Positions 25,224 through 37,648 of a stretch of DNA of 64,000 nucleotides are shown piece after piece. Position numbers and translations under genes: made by a program. The stretch is from positions 115,382,001-115,446,000 of the forward strand of contig NC_091985.1 of assembly GCF_044704955.1 (NCBI RefSeq), read 5' to 3'. The notes beneath the pieces were generated by a model that had not been told where the DNA came from, did no database searches, and saw only the letters and a program-made list of their open reading frames with translations. This DNA comes from Pristiophorus japonicus (lineage: Eukaryota). Position 1 is the stretch's first letter; each line of letters begins with the position of its first letter.

Positions 25224-28200
25224 GGGCTACTGGCCCCTGGTGAAGATGTGGGACCACAAAGAGAGGACCCAAGAATGTTTGTTAGCGCAATGTTAGGGGG
25301 CTGGCATTGTGGGATGCTGATAGACACGGGAGCGTCAATATCCATAACTAATCTAGACTTACCCCTTACTAAGGAAACGATCAGCATGCAACGAGTGGGA
25401 GGAGGTAACAGAAAGACAACTTTAAGTGAAATTGTACTATTGGAAGTACAGGGGATAATACTACCCACCCAGTATTGGTGCTGCCCCAATCCCAAAGGCA
25501 CCATATTAGGATAGAAATATTAAGGGAAATAGGGGTACTCGTAACCGAGTAGTCTGGGGAGACGAGCACCAAACTCAGTGTAAATTTAACCACCCGGGCC
25601 ATCAGCAGCAGCAGGTGCCTGGGATCTGTCCAATAGATCCCGAGTGGGAAACAAAGGGTGCTTGGGGAAGTATATGTCAGTTATACCCTGCCCTATGGGC
25701 CCAACACAAACAGGACTGTGGGTTGGTGGGGCCCGGGCCAGTCAAGATCCCAGGCCCAGAACATAAAGCCCACAGGCAACACCCGCTGAAGCCCAACGCT
25801 GAAGCAGCTGTCCTTCAGATAGTGAAAGAATTGGAAAGGCAAGGGGTGGTGAGACAAACAATAGCTACAAACAACTCACCAGTATGGCCGGTAAAGAAAC
25901 CAGACGCCTCATATAGGCTGACAATAAACTATACTGTCTTAAACAAAGTTACACCCCGGGAGCACCCGATAGTGGCCAGCCCGACAACGATTTTCAATAG
26001 CTTGGGCCCGGAACATAAAATATTCACCGTATTGGATATAGCAAATGGATTTTGGGCCATACCCTTAGACAAAGGGTCACAAGGGAAGTCCGCCTTCACT
26101 GTAAAAGGAAAGCAGTATACATGGACTAGAGTGCCCCAAGGATTCCATAACAGCCCAAGTATATTCCACCGGACGCTGGCTGGGGTCCTGGAGCCAACAG
26201 ATGTAGGGGAAGGAAGTACCCTCTTGTAATATGTGGACGACAGGCAGGGCTGAAAGCCAATCCAAAAAAAGGCCAAGATAGGGAAGGGCCAAGTCACATA
26301 CCTAGGGTATATAGTAACACAAGAGAAAAGGCAGAGGATAGGAAGGAGGCCATTAGGACGATGCCAAAGGCAGGGACCGTAAAGAGAGTCAGACAGGTAG
26401 TAGGACTGTTTAATTACTGTCGGAACTTTATTCCAGTATATGCAGAAATGGCTCAGTCCATACAAGATTTGATAAAAGGGGGAAAGCCCTCCCAAGAGCT
26501 GGTAGACTGGGGCTCCAAACAAGCAGCATTTCAACAGCTGAAACAGGCCCTAATGAGCGCCCCCGCCCTGAGAGTACCGGACCAGAATAAGCCCTTCCAT
26601 GTTTATAATCACCAGAGCAAAAATCACTATAATGCAGTGGTGGCCCAGCAACATGGGGACAAGCAATGACCGGTGAGTATTACTCCTCTAAGCAACAACC
26701 TGTAGCTGCAGGATTATCTAGATGTGTAGCCGCTCTCGACTGCGCAGGCAGGGCAGTCAGAATTAGTGAACCCATAGTAATGTCAGGACAAATTATCCTA
26801 CATACGCAACATACCCTGGTAGAGCTATTAAACACGGGGAGACTGAGAACAATGTCAGACGCAAGAGCGACATGGGAAGCGGTACTAATACCCCCGAGCA
26901 GCACAGTAACAATAGTAAAAGATAGCAGTAACAACCCCACAGGGTGGATCATTACAGAAGGCCACGTTCATGAACGTAACCCGATAGAGGGGGCAGAGGA
27001 AAGTAGCTCGATAAAGGAAGAGCCACTCGAGGGAGCAGAAATGGACCTTTACATACACGGGTCGCATCGGTACATCGATCGAAAGCCCCAAACGGGTGGG
27101 CGGTAGTAGACGGTGAAGGGCAAACAAGGGGAGTTGGGCAGTTAGAAGGGAGCCTTTTGGCCCAAGTGCCGAATTAGTCGCCCTAACAGAAGCCCTCAAA
27201 TGGGCAAAAGGTAAAAGGGTAAAAATATGTACAGACAGCCAATACGCGTTTGGGGTGGTCCACGATACTATGGTAGCCTGGTGTCGGCGAGGTTATATGA
27301 CATTGGGGAGAGGACCAATTCGACACGAGAACATCGTTAAGGAACTGGTAAAGGCTTCCCTCCAGCCCCAGAAATGTGCAATAGTACAGATCAAAGCCCA
27401 TAAGAAAATTACTGACAGACATCAGCAAGGGAATGCATGGGCGGATGAGGCAGCTAAGTGAGCGGCAGAAGTACGGGGCCTACGGGCTAAAATAAGTGCC
27501 TGTGCACTTGGGCCGGAAGAAGTAAATATGTTTAAAGTACAGGAGGCAACCATACAGCAGATAAAGATGAATGGAAAAGACAGGGAGCTAAACAAGGCGC
27601 GGATGGAATCCGGAGGAAAGATTGTAATGTGGTAGCCCCAGAGTGCATACAACAAAACTTATTGAGTATATACCACGGGTATGCGCATACAGGTAAGACC
27701 AGCATGACGTGTTCAATGTCCCAATGCTGGTGGTGGAAGGGAATGGGAAGAGATATTGAAAATGACTGTAGGACGTGCTTAACATGCGTAAAGCATAACC
27801 CAGGTGGAAAAATAAAGGTCAGAATGGGACATCAACCCTGAACAAAGGGACCATGAGAAAACCTGCAGATAAACTTCACGGGCCCGTTGCCCAATCACCA
27901 GGGAAAAACATATTGTTTGGTTATAATAGATCAATTCACAAAATGGATAGAAGCATTCGCAACTAGAAATTGCTCAGCTGAGACGGTGGCTAGAATATTA
28001 GGAGAAATTATACCTAGGTGGGGAATGTCCCTACAGATAGATTCAGATCAGGGTACACACTTCACGGGTAAAGTAATGAAATAAGCATGCGCCCTACTGG
28101 GAATCAAGCAGAAATGTCATATCCCCTATCATCCGGAATCGTCCGGATTAGTAGGACGTACGAACGAAGGACCCTGAAGAATGCATTGGTCAAGGTGATC

Positions 28201-28430
28201 GACGAGACAGGAAAGGGATGGGTAGATATGCTGCCCTGGATTTTAATGAAGTTAAGGGCGACCCCAAACCAGACCACCAGACTCACAACTTTCGAACTAA
28301 TGACAGGAAGGGCAATGAGATTACCTGAGGTTCTAATGACGGAGAGTGATGACGTTGGATCCTACCGGGACCGAGTAAGAAGATTTGTGATGGAATTATG
28401 TAAACAATTACAAGATCTGAAGGCACCGGG
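25224..28430 (+). pseudogene. pol: ERV pro-pol (protease, RT, tether, RNase H, integrase)
   Basis: LIDTGASIS; NSPVWPVKKPD; VLDIANGFWAIP; VPQGFHNSP; L*YVDD; tether; RNase H AELVAL..TDSQYAFG; integrase H..AH..C..C and IDSDQGTHFTG. Confidence 0.92.
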
Positions 28431-28437
28431 AATCACA

Positions 28438-30157
28438 ATGCGGTAATGGGTCCTTATGGGGAATGTTTGCGTGTAAAATAGGTATCCCAACCATCACAAT
28501 AGCCCCAACCAGAACCCCCAGGATGCCCAAACATGAAACAGGGGGCAAGCGGAGGATTAGTAATGAAAACAACTAGAGACAAAATCCACTTCGGGGTACG
28601 CCAAAGGGTAATTACGGTATTGTTAAACCTAACGGATATAACGATCCCACTGTTTTGTGGTAAGAAAACCATAAGATTATATGAAAACCTAACCCTAAGG
28701 GCCCTTGAGGGGCCCAAATTCAAGACTATGAAGTTCAACGTAAAGAAGTTCAACGTAAAAAAGCCAAATAAATATGGGAAAGGCGGGAGGAGAAAGAGGG
28801 GAATATTGGAAATGGTGGGCGCAGGATCTTCAAACAATAGACGAGCAGATCATCAACCTGACACAGATCTTAAAAGGACTGCTGGAAAGGGGAGATGATA
28901 AGAAAATATAGGCCCAGCTAGGGGACGGGGCGGAGTAGGAACTGCTGCAGGTTGCCCATACATTGCGGGACCATGCATAAATGACAAATTTGGTAAACCA
29001 GGCTGGATAAACTATGAGTAAAAGAAAGGAGGCCGAGATAGTTTGTGCGGGATATGGGGCTTGGATGCTCAATACGGTGGAACATAACATAGAACAACTC
29101 CAGAATGGGGAGGTGCCAGATTGGATAATCGATGATGTATTTGCTGAATGGACATTGGGCAAGAATGACACCCAAGCCTGTGCGGTCCGGATGAATAGCC
29201 ATGCCTGGGTCCCTAAGAACAGGTGTGTAACCAGACATCAGAATATAATAAGGTTTGTGTTATCAATATGTACCACAATATGACATGACAAAGGGAAACA
29301 CACTGTACTAAGTAAACAATATAGGAGAAATAAGGAATCAGACCCATGTGCAGTTTTACAAATTGCACCAGTACGTAATTAAAAAGGGAAACAATACCAA
29401 AGGTGTCCATGTTAAAGATTGTTTTAAGAATAATCAAGTTGTTTTATGCCGACAGCACCCAGACCTAGGTAACAACAACTGTGGATATGGCCAAACAGAA
29501 GGACATGTGTTGAGTGTCACACCGCTGACAATGGATTCCGAAACGACTGCAGCCTCACAAGGAAATGGAGGCTGGTGTGTGAGCACCACGGCGGTCAACA
29601 TGACAGTGGGGGGAGGTACCTACTGCCCGATCACGATCATCGACTTCTGTTTTACACCAAAAGAAGTCGTCGATATTCAGGGATACATCATATATCCAGA
29701 ATTGAAAGGCGAGTCAGTCAACGGGATGGCGATGGAAACTATCAAAGCAGGGTATAAAGGTTTTGAGGAACCACAAGGACAACATATACCCAAACTTAGT
29801 GAAGAACAAACTAAGTTGGAACAGGACATCCATGAACAACGGCAGAAGTACATCATCCTGATGAAGAAGATCGACAAACTCCAGAAGGACACTAAAGAAA
29901 TGTTGGCAAACCAACCCTGGTATACAAGGCTTTGGAACTTTGGACTAAACATGCAGGTGCACCCCTGGATTAAAATAATATCCCAAGTATTGGTGATTGT
30001 ACAATGTGTGGTTTTAACGGTATTGTTGATTGAACTATGTTGGAGATGTAAACGACAGGCGAGGAAAGCCATTGCTCAGGCCACCATAAAAGCCTTAGAA
30101 GAAACTAAACCTTTAGTATCTAAGGAAAAATCTGTAAAACGGGTAAATGGTGTGTAA
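28438..30157 (+). pseudogene. env: ERV env, F-protein-like class I fusion glycoprotein architecture
   Basis: Furin site RRKR (28788-28799) only ~120 codons from the start, then GILEMVGAG, heptad region, Cys-rich block, second heptad (KLEQDIHEQRQKYIILMKKIDKLQKD), TM (IISQVLVIVQCVVLTVLLIELCW) and basic tail. Confidence 0.8.
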
Positions 30158-30313
30158 AGGTAAAGAGATACGAGAAACCATCCTGAAGTAAGGGCTTGGC
30201 CACCTAGAAGGATGGATTAAGCTGACAATATCACTTCCCCTTTGGATGAAATAATGAGGGGACGGCACATTGGCCTATCTTGGGGTATATAGCCAAGGGC
30301 CAACAGGGGGGAT

Positions 30314-30792
30314 TGTAAGGGCAAGATTGATTATCAAAGATGTTATCTGACTATTGTGAAAGCACTGAGCTGGCTAAACAAGAGGTATGCTTAAAACCAC
30401 ACATATGCATAAAACACAATAGAGCTACGAGATGATCACTCGTTGACCTCGGGCTCAAGGGAGCAGTAAAGAAATCCAAAGAGGAACTACTATAACCATA
30501 TAACAATATAAGGCGAGTGACACCAGGAAGAAGGGAACAAATGGGTATTCGATCATGCGTTGGTACAACCAATCACGTCACTGTTAAGGTCCATCCACGA
30601 GGACACTCATGTGCCAAAACCTGTATAATTAAGGTGTAATTTGAACAGTTCAGTGGAGATCCTCTCAGGCGACTGAGAAGTGAGATGCTCCCCCTGCATG
30701 TGCTGGAATAAAAGATCGTTGAAGCTTATCCAAGGTATCAGGCTGTTGAATCCGGGCTTGTTACGAGAGGACAAGGGCAATTCTCTCCATCA
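30314..30792 (+). repeat. ERV 3' LTR
   Basis: tgtaagggcaagattg...ctccatca, directly after the PPT. Confidence 0.93.
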
Positions 30793-31004
30793 GGGAGGTT
30801 TAATGGAGATGTTGAAAGTTATGAAGGATTTTGATAGAGTAAATAAGAAGAAACTGTTTCCAGTAGCAGAGGGGTTGGTAACCAGCAGACACAGAATTGG
30901 CAATAGAATCAAAGGGAGAGATGAGGAGATATTTTTTCCACAGCAAGTTATTATGATCTGAAATGTACTGCCGAAAAGGGTGGAGGAAGCAGATTCAATA
31001 ATAA

Positions 31005-33002
31005 CGAAAGAAAGAGTAGGGCTTATTAGAGACCAAAAATGAAACTTGTGTGTGGAGGCAGAAATTATGGGCATGGTTCTTAATGAATACTTTGGGTGTG
31101 TCTTCACAAAAGAGAGGGACGATACAGACATTGTAGTTGAGGAGCAGGAGTGTGAAATATTGGATGAGATAAATATAGTGAGAGAGGAAATATTAAAGGG
31201 TTTAGTATCTTTGAAAGTAGATAACTCTCCAGACCCAGATGAAATGTATCCAAGACTATTAAGAGAAGCAAGGAAATAAATAACAGAGGCTCTGACCACC
31301 ATTTTCCGATCCTCTGGCTACAGGTGTGGTGCTGGAGGACTGCAGGACAGCTTAACGTTGTACCATTGTTTAAAAAGGGAGAAAGGGATAGATCAAGTAA
31401 TTACAGGCCAGTCAAGCTAACCTCAGTGGTGGGCAAATTATGGGAAAAATTCTGAGGAACAGCATAAATCATTTTAAAAAGTACAAATTAATCAAGGACA
31501 GTCAACATGGATTTGTTAATGTAAGGTCATGTCTGACTAACTTGATTGAACTTTTTGAGGAGACAACAAGGAGGGTCGATGAGTGTAGCGCATTTAAAAC
31601 TGAGATGAGGAGGAATTTCTTCTCTCAGAGGGTTGTAAATCTATGGAATTCTCTGGCCCAGAGAGCTGTGGAGGTTGGGTTATTGAATATAATTAAGGCG
31701 GAGATAGGCAGATTTTTGAGCGATAAGGGAGTAAAGGGTTATGGGGAGCGGGCAGGGAAGTGGAGCTAAGTCCACGATCAGATGAGCCGTGATCTCATTG
31801 AATGGCAGAGCAGACTCGAGGGGCCGTATGGCCTACTCCTGCTCCTATTTCTAATGTTCTTATGATGTAGTCGACATGGCAAACTGGTCAGAAAAGTAAA
31901 CGTCCATGGGATCCAGGGCAAAGTTGCAAGTTGGATCCAAAATTGGCTAAGAGGCAAGAAGCAAAGGATGATGGTTGATGGGTGTTTTTGTCACTGGAAG
32001 GCTGCCTCCAGTGAGGTTCAGTACTAGGTTCCTTGCTTTTTGTGGTATATATCAATGATTTAGACTTGAATACAGGGGGCATGATTCAGAAGTTTGAACA
32101 TGATACAAAAATTGGCCGTGTGCTTGATAGTGAGGAAGAAAGCTGTAAACTGCAGGAAGGTATCAATGCATTAGTCACGTGGCAGAAAAGTGGCAAATGG
32201 AATTGTGTCCGGAGAACTGTGAAGTAGTGAATTTGGGGAGGCTAACAAGGAAAGAGAATACATATTAAATGGTAGTAGGATATGGAGAAGTGAAGAGGAA
32301 CAGAGGGACCTTAGAGTGCATGTTCACAGATTCCTGAAGGTAGCAGGACAAGTAGATAAGGTGGTTAAGAAGGCATACGGAATACTTGCCTTGATTAACT
32401 GAGGCATAGAATATAAGATCATAGAGAGGTTATGCTTGAAGTGTATAAAACACTAGTTAGGCCACAACTGTACTGCGTGCAGTTCTGGTCATCGCATTAC
32501 AGCAATGACATGTTTGCACTAGAGAGGGTGCAGAGAAGATTTACGAGGATGTTGCCTGGATTGGAGAATTTTAGTTATGGGGAAAAATTGCAGATGCTGG
32601 GTCTGTTTTCTTTGGAACAGAGGAGGCTGAGGGGAGACCTAATTGAGATGTATAAAATTATGAGGGGCCTGGATAGAATGGATAGGAAGGGCCTGTTTCC
32701 CTTCGCCCAGGAGTTAACATGCGGGGGACATAGATTTAAAGTAATTAGAGGAGATATGAGGAGAAATTTCTTCACCCAGAAGGTAGTGGGGATCTGGATC
32801 TCACTGCATGAAAGGGTGGTAGAGGCAGAAACCCTCATCACATTTAAAAAAATAATTGGATGTGCACTTAAAGTGCCGTAACCTACAGGGCTGTGGACCA
32901 ACAGCGGGAACGTGGGAGTAGGCTGGATAGCTCTCGGTCAGCCAGCACCTACACGATGGGCCTAAATGGCCTCCTTCTGCGCTGTAAATTTCTATGATTC
33001 TA
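31005..33002 (+). mobile_element. CR1 LINE ORF2 3' part (same family as 1-1560), with a nested CR1 3' end at ~31590-31863
   Basis: ORFs 31046, 31440, 32033 and 32432 carry CR1 RT motifs; tail ttctatgattcta. Confidence 0.88.
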
Positions 33003-33194
33003 CGCTGACTGACCTGAGTATTTCCAACATTTTCTGTTTTTATTACATACTAACCCTTAATGTTCGGCTTCTTGCGCCAGGATTCTGGGTTCCAGTTGAG
33101 CTCCCGCTGCAGCCCCTGTGAATCGAATCAATACACAATCTGATGTTTGTTTTAGAAATATTTAGCGCCGTTACCTTTAGCCCTTTTGCGGCCT

Positions 33195-33301
33195 GCTGAT
33201 TGGTGAATCACTCGCTGGTGACATGTACAGTCCAATGAGAATCAGGACAAAGGGACCAATCACAAGAGCCTCCACCGCATTCCTCCTGAAGGTATAAGAA
33301 G
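33195..33301 (+). promoter_or_regulatory. H2A promoter: three CCAAT boxes and TATA
   Basis: attgg ~33199, ccaat ~33232 and ~33256, tataagaa ~33293. Confidence 0.7.
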
Positions 33302-33341
33302 GGCGAGTGCCGGAATAATTGCTCATTGTGAGATTGTGGAA

Positions 33342-33672
33342 ATGTCGGGAAGAGGAAATAGGTGCCGGGAAAGTTCGGGCCAAGCCCAAGTCTCGCTCAT
33401 CCCGAGCCAGACTGCAGTTCTCGGTGGGCCGTGTTCACAGGCTCCTGCGAAAGGGGAACTATGCTGAGCGTGTGGGTGCCGGAGCCCCGGCCTATCTCGC
33501 TGCTGTGCTCGAGTACCTGACCGCTGAAATCCTGGAATTGGCCGGCAACGCGGTTCGCGACAACAAGAAGACCCACATCATTCCCAGGCACCTGCAGGGC
33601 GGGGTGTTGCCCAATATCCAGGCTGTGCTACTGCCCAAGAAAACCAGTGCCGTGAGCTCCAAAACAAAGTGA
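33342..33672 (+). pseudogene. H2A: Histone H2A pseudogene
   Basis: ATG 33342 (MSGRG) is out of frame with the body (+1 nt); in-frame 60-bp deletion RHLQ^GGVLPNIQ; substitutions at conserved residues (AGLQFP>ARLQFS, KTRII>KTHII). Confidence 0.92.
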
Positions 33673-33702
33673 AGCAGCGAAACTTTAATCTAATAACCCA
33701 AA

Positions 33703-33718
33703 GGCTCTTTTCAGAGCC
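33703..33718 (+). terminator. Histone 3' stem-loop (H2A)
   Basis: ggctcttttcagagcc followed by purine-rich HDE gtgaaagggg. Confidence 0.92.
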
Positions 33719-34334
33719 GCCCACAGTATCGGTGAAAGGGGCAGATTACCGTCTGAAGCGAGTCACATTTTTAAGTCTATTTTAATCACTCCGAATGTTT
33801 GCCTCTAACCATTATATTTCGGTTCTGTACTCACGCTCGCTCTCCTCCAGTTAACGGTGGATTATAGTTTGTCTGAATTCCACCACTTTCGATCTAAAAT
33901 ACCAATCTGTTCTGGCGTATGAATAGCTTGGGAGTTGAATTAATTTAGTAATAAAAAGGCCTGATGTAGTTCTAGGTCTTAACACCGTAAGTGGGGGAAG
34001 TCTTAGAATTTGAACTTTGGCAGTAAGCGGGGGTAGCATCATTAACGGGCTCCTTTCCTAAACATTACTTTTTCTCAGATCTACCTTTTCCCCACCCCAC
34101 TCCCCCAACAAAAAGCTGCCGGTGATTAGTGAGACTGCGATGTTTATCATTAATACCCCAGCAAATGAATCGGACAGAGGACGCAGCAATGTATCGGCTG
34201 TTCCAGATCTCGGTGCTGCACCCCTGGAAGTACAGTTCTGTGGCACCACATAACCATGTCGCACCGAAAGTTAATGAGCAATACATATCAGTATGCCAGT
34301 AGGCGGTTGCATCTCTTTCGTTTGCGGATTTGGT

Positions 34335-34350
34335 GGCTCTTAAAAGAGCC
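34335..34350 (-). terminator. Histone 3' stem-loop (H3)
   Basis: Minus strand ggctcttttaagagcc-acca; HDE gaaagagat ~34311-34319. Confidence 0.93.
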
Positions 34351-34375
34351 GTTGTTGCACTTGTTGTTGGAGGGT

Positions 34376-34825
<450 letters not shown>

Positions 34826-34861
34826 TTAATGTGAAGCCGGTTCTGCCGCCGCCTTTTACAG

Positions 34862-35056
34862 GGACTGTGAGGGTCCGCCCCGGGGCTGTGATTGGCTACA
34901 GGTTCTGTGAGGGAACGCCCCGGGGCTCTGATTGGCTACAAGTTCTGTGAGGGAACGCCCCGGGACTGTGATTGGCTACAGGGTCTGAAGGACCGCCCCG
35001 GGACTGTGATCGGCGACAGGGTCTGAAGGACCGCCCCGGGACTGTGATTGGCTACC
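34862..35056 (-). repeat. 38-40-bp minisatellite in the H3 promoter (CCAAT plus GC-box per unit, ~5 units)
   Basis: Unit ~cgccccgggactgtgattggctacagggtctgaaggac; attgg at 34891, 34931, 34971, (35009 variant), 35047. Confidence 0.88.
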
Positions 35057-35680
35057 ATCCCCCCGCCAATCAGGGACGAGCTGACAGTCAGAAGGAAACG
35101 GTGACAATTACGGGGCCCTGATTGGCTGAGTTCAAATTTGTCATCATTTTCAAAACACCCGCCAATTTCAATGTAACAGATAACGGAGTTTGAGCGAAAG
35201 CCTGTTTGTGACAACAAATAATAACCTCCCTTTTATAGTCCCGGATTGCCGGCGCTATTTTACAATCAGGTTTTAAATCGGCTCCTTGTTCGGTTCTGTC
35301 AGATGGGAAATGTTCCTCACTTTGTGCGCTCCTGTAAAACGGCTGATGGGGAATCGGCAGCACGTCTTAGATCTCCCGATTAACATTCCCATTGGCCGCA
35401 CTGGCTGCCGACTCGCTTTCACGCTCTCTACAATATCGGTATTTAAACAATAAATGTGCGGAGAGCCGCAGTGTGTCCATGTGAGACTGCTCTCGCTGTC
35501 TTTACACCCAGGGCGGAAATGTCCCAGGTAAAACACACACACAAATTCTCACTATTTCCCGAACCATTGGCGAGAGTTCGGGAAATCTAACCACATTCAT
35601 AAATATCTTGAACCAATTACCATCACAATATATCCCCGCTTGCGTTCCCAGGTCACTGCTCTCTCTGTGAGGTGTTGGGT

Positions 35681-35696
35681 GGCTCTTAAAAGAGCC
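35681..35696 (-). terminator. Histone 3' stem-loop (H4)
   Basis: Minus strand ggctcttttaagagcc-accca; HDE-like cagagagag. Confidence 0.93.
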
Positions 35697-35730
35697 TTTG
35701 TTTTGTGCCGAGTAGAAAGGGTCGAATGGT

Positions 35731-36051
<321 letters not shown>

Positions 36052-36094
36052 TCACTCAAGTCGCTGCTTAATGAGAAAAAAAACTGCTTCTGGC

Positions 36095-36280
36095 TCCTTT
36101 TTATAGAGCTGACCCCGACCTGACTGAGAAAGCGTCAGAGTGAGAGAACCCGGGAGGGGAGGATACAGACTGAGAGTGACATCAGAGAGACTGGGAGGGG
36201 AGGAAACAGAGCAGAGAGCAACCTCTGATCTTCCAGCTCCACCTCCAGTTTTCTCCAACCGCCAGTTTCAAACCGTTTAT
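36095..36280 (-). promoter_or_regulatory. H4 promoter
   Basis: TATA (tataaaaa, 36098-36105), tcaggtcggggtc element, upstream tttgaaactggcgg motif. Confidence 0.65.
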
Positions 36281-37269
36281 TGTCAGCGCTCCTCACATTT
36301 GAAAATAGAAATTATATGCTCACCGCCCCTCAAGCTAGTCTGCGTTTCCCTCTGCTCAGAAACTGAGGGATATATAACAGTAACTTGTGTCCTACCCATC
36401 CCATCCTGAGCACCCAGAGACTGCGATCAGAGACTAACAGAGATACACTGTATCAATCTTAAGCTTCGTGTCGGATTCCCCATATTACACTCAATAACGG
36501 TATCCCAGCTACATGTACAGCACGACAGAGACAGGCAAGTAGCAATCTTACACTTACCGACAGTGTATCTAGAAATTAAAAGTATCACACCTTTATGTAC
36601 AGAACCAGAGAGAGAGACAGTGCATATCAATTACACTGCATATCAATGTGTCCATATCACGCTCAATAACAGCATCCATACAGTACAAGAGAGAGCAGAT
36701 AGCGACAGAGAGGGGACGAAAGGAAAAAGAGAGGCAGAGAAGGGCGGTGAAAGACAGAGATCGTATCAGTTCCAGACTGACATGTAAATTCCCGTTCGAT
36801 CCAGAAACAACCCATTGGAGAGGCAGAAGATGCAGTCTCATTGCACAGATCTCTTACCAGACACATTATGAATCTCACACTGCGGGAAAGTACGAGAGAG
36901 TGAGAAAACAATATTGTATCTTTAACCATCTCATGCCTGTTGTACTCGCTGCTGTTTTGCAGCTCAGGACGGTTCGGTATTACTCTCAGTCTTTCACTCT
37001 GATTTAATTAATGTGGGACAATGGCCGTCAGATATTAACTTCTGCATGGTCCCAGATAACACTCCGACTCCTTCGTTCCTCTAATGTTTCCGCAGGATTG
37101 CTATCTGAAGATGGGCTCATTTCGAACAAACATTCTGCAAGGAATGATCCCAACTTGAGCATCTTAAATGGGAACCCCCCGCCCCTCCCCCGCTTTAAAC
37201 TTTCTCTGTCCTTTCCCACCAGGCCCATTTTCTTTGCTCAGATTCTGATGAAAGTGAATTGGGGAAAGT

Positions 37270-37648
37270 TCAGACCCCTCCCTCTGGCCTCTTGCCTTCT
37301 CTAGATCTTTTCATTGCGAACTGCTGACGGGACATCGGCTGTCTCAATTTCTCTGCTCCTCTCACTCACTCCAATCTACCTCCCTCTGAACTTGTAGCAC
37401 TTTGCTCTCTCAGATACAACCCCAACATTGTGATTAACCTGCTGTTATTGTTTGGAGAACCGACCTCCACCTTGCGGCTGCTGAACGTCAATTCTCTGAC
37501 ACCCCCTCCTACCTCCCCCTGGACCATGATCCCACTACCGAACATCAAGCTATCATTTCCCAGATCTTCACTGACCTCATCTCCTCTGAAGATCTTCCTT
37601 CCAGGGCCACCGACCTTATAGTTTCCCAAACCAGCACAGCCTGTTTCT
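37270..37648 (+). mobile_element. Penelope-like retroelement fragment (N-terminal to RT)
   Basis: Translates as PSLDLFIANC..SNLPPSELVALCSLRYNPNIVI..AVIVWRTD..AERQFSDT..YLPLDHDPT, resembling the Penelope ORF region around KPADKG. Confidence 0.65.

Larger units (their letters stand above)
22875..30792 (+). mobile_element. Endogenous retrovirus, LTR-gag-pro-pol-env-LTR, lokiretrovirus-like, defective
   Basis: Paired ~475-bp LTRs; PBS at 23351; PPT agggggga at 30305-30312; 5-bp TSD ggcag/gggag; inserted in a CR1 3' fragment (22740-22874 continues at 30793-31000). Confidence 0.93.

Noticed and set aside
33319-33672. 117-aa TTG-initiated H2A ORF as a functional gene
   Set aside because: The real ATG (33342) is out of frame; the TTG lies about at the expected transcription start; large deletion and damaging substitutions
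35130-35460. Extra minus-strand TATA (ctataaaagg ~35230) and CCAAT boxes suggesting a lost H2B
   Set aside because: No recognisable H2B coding remnant, octamer or stem-loop
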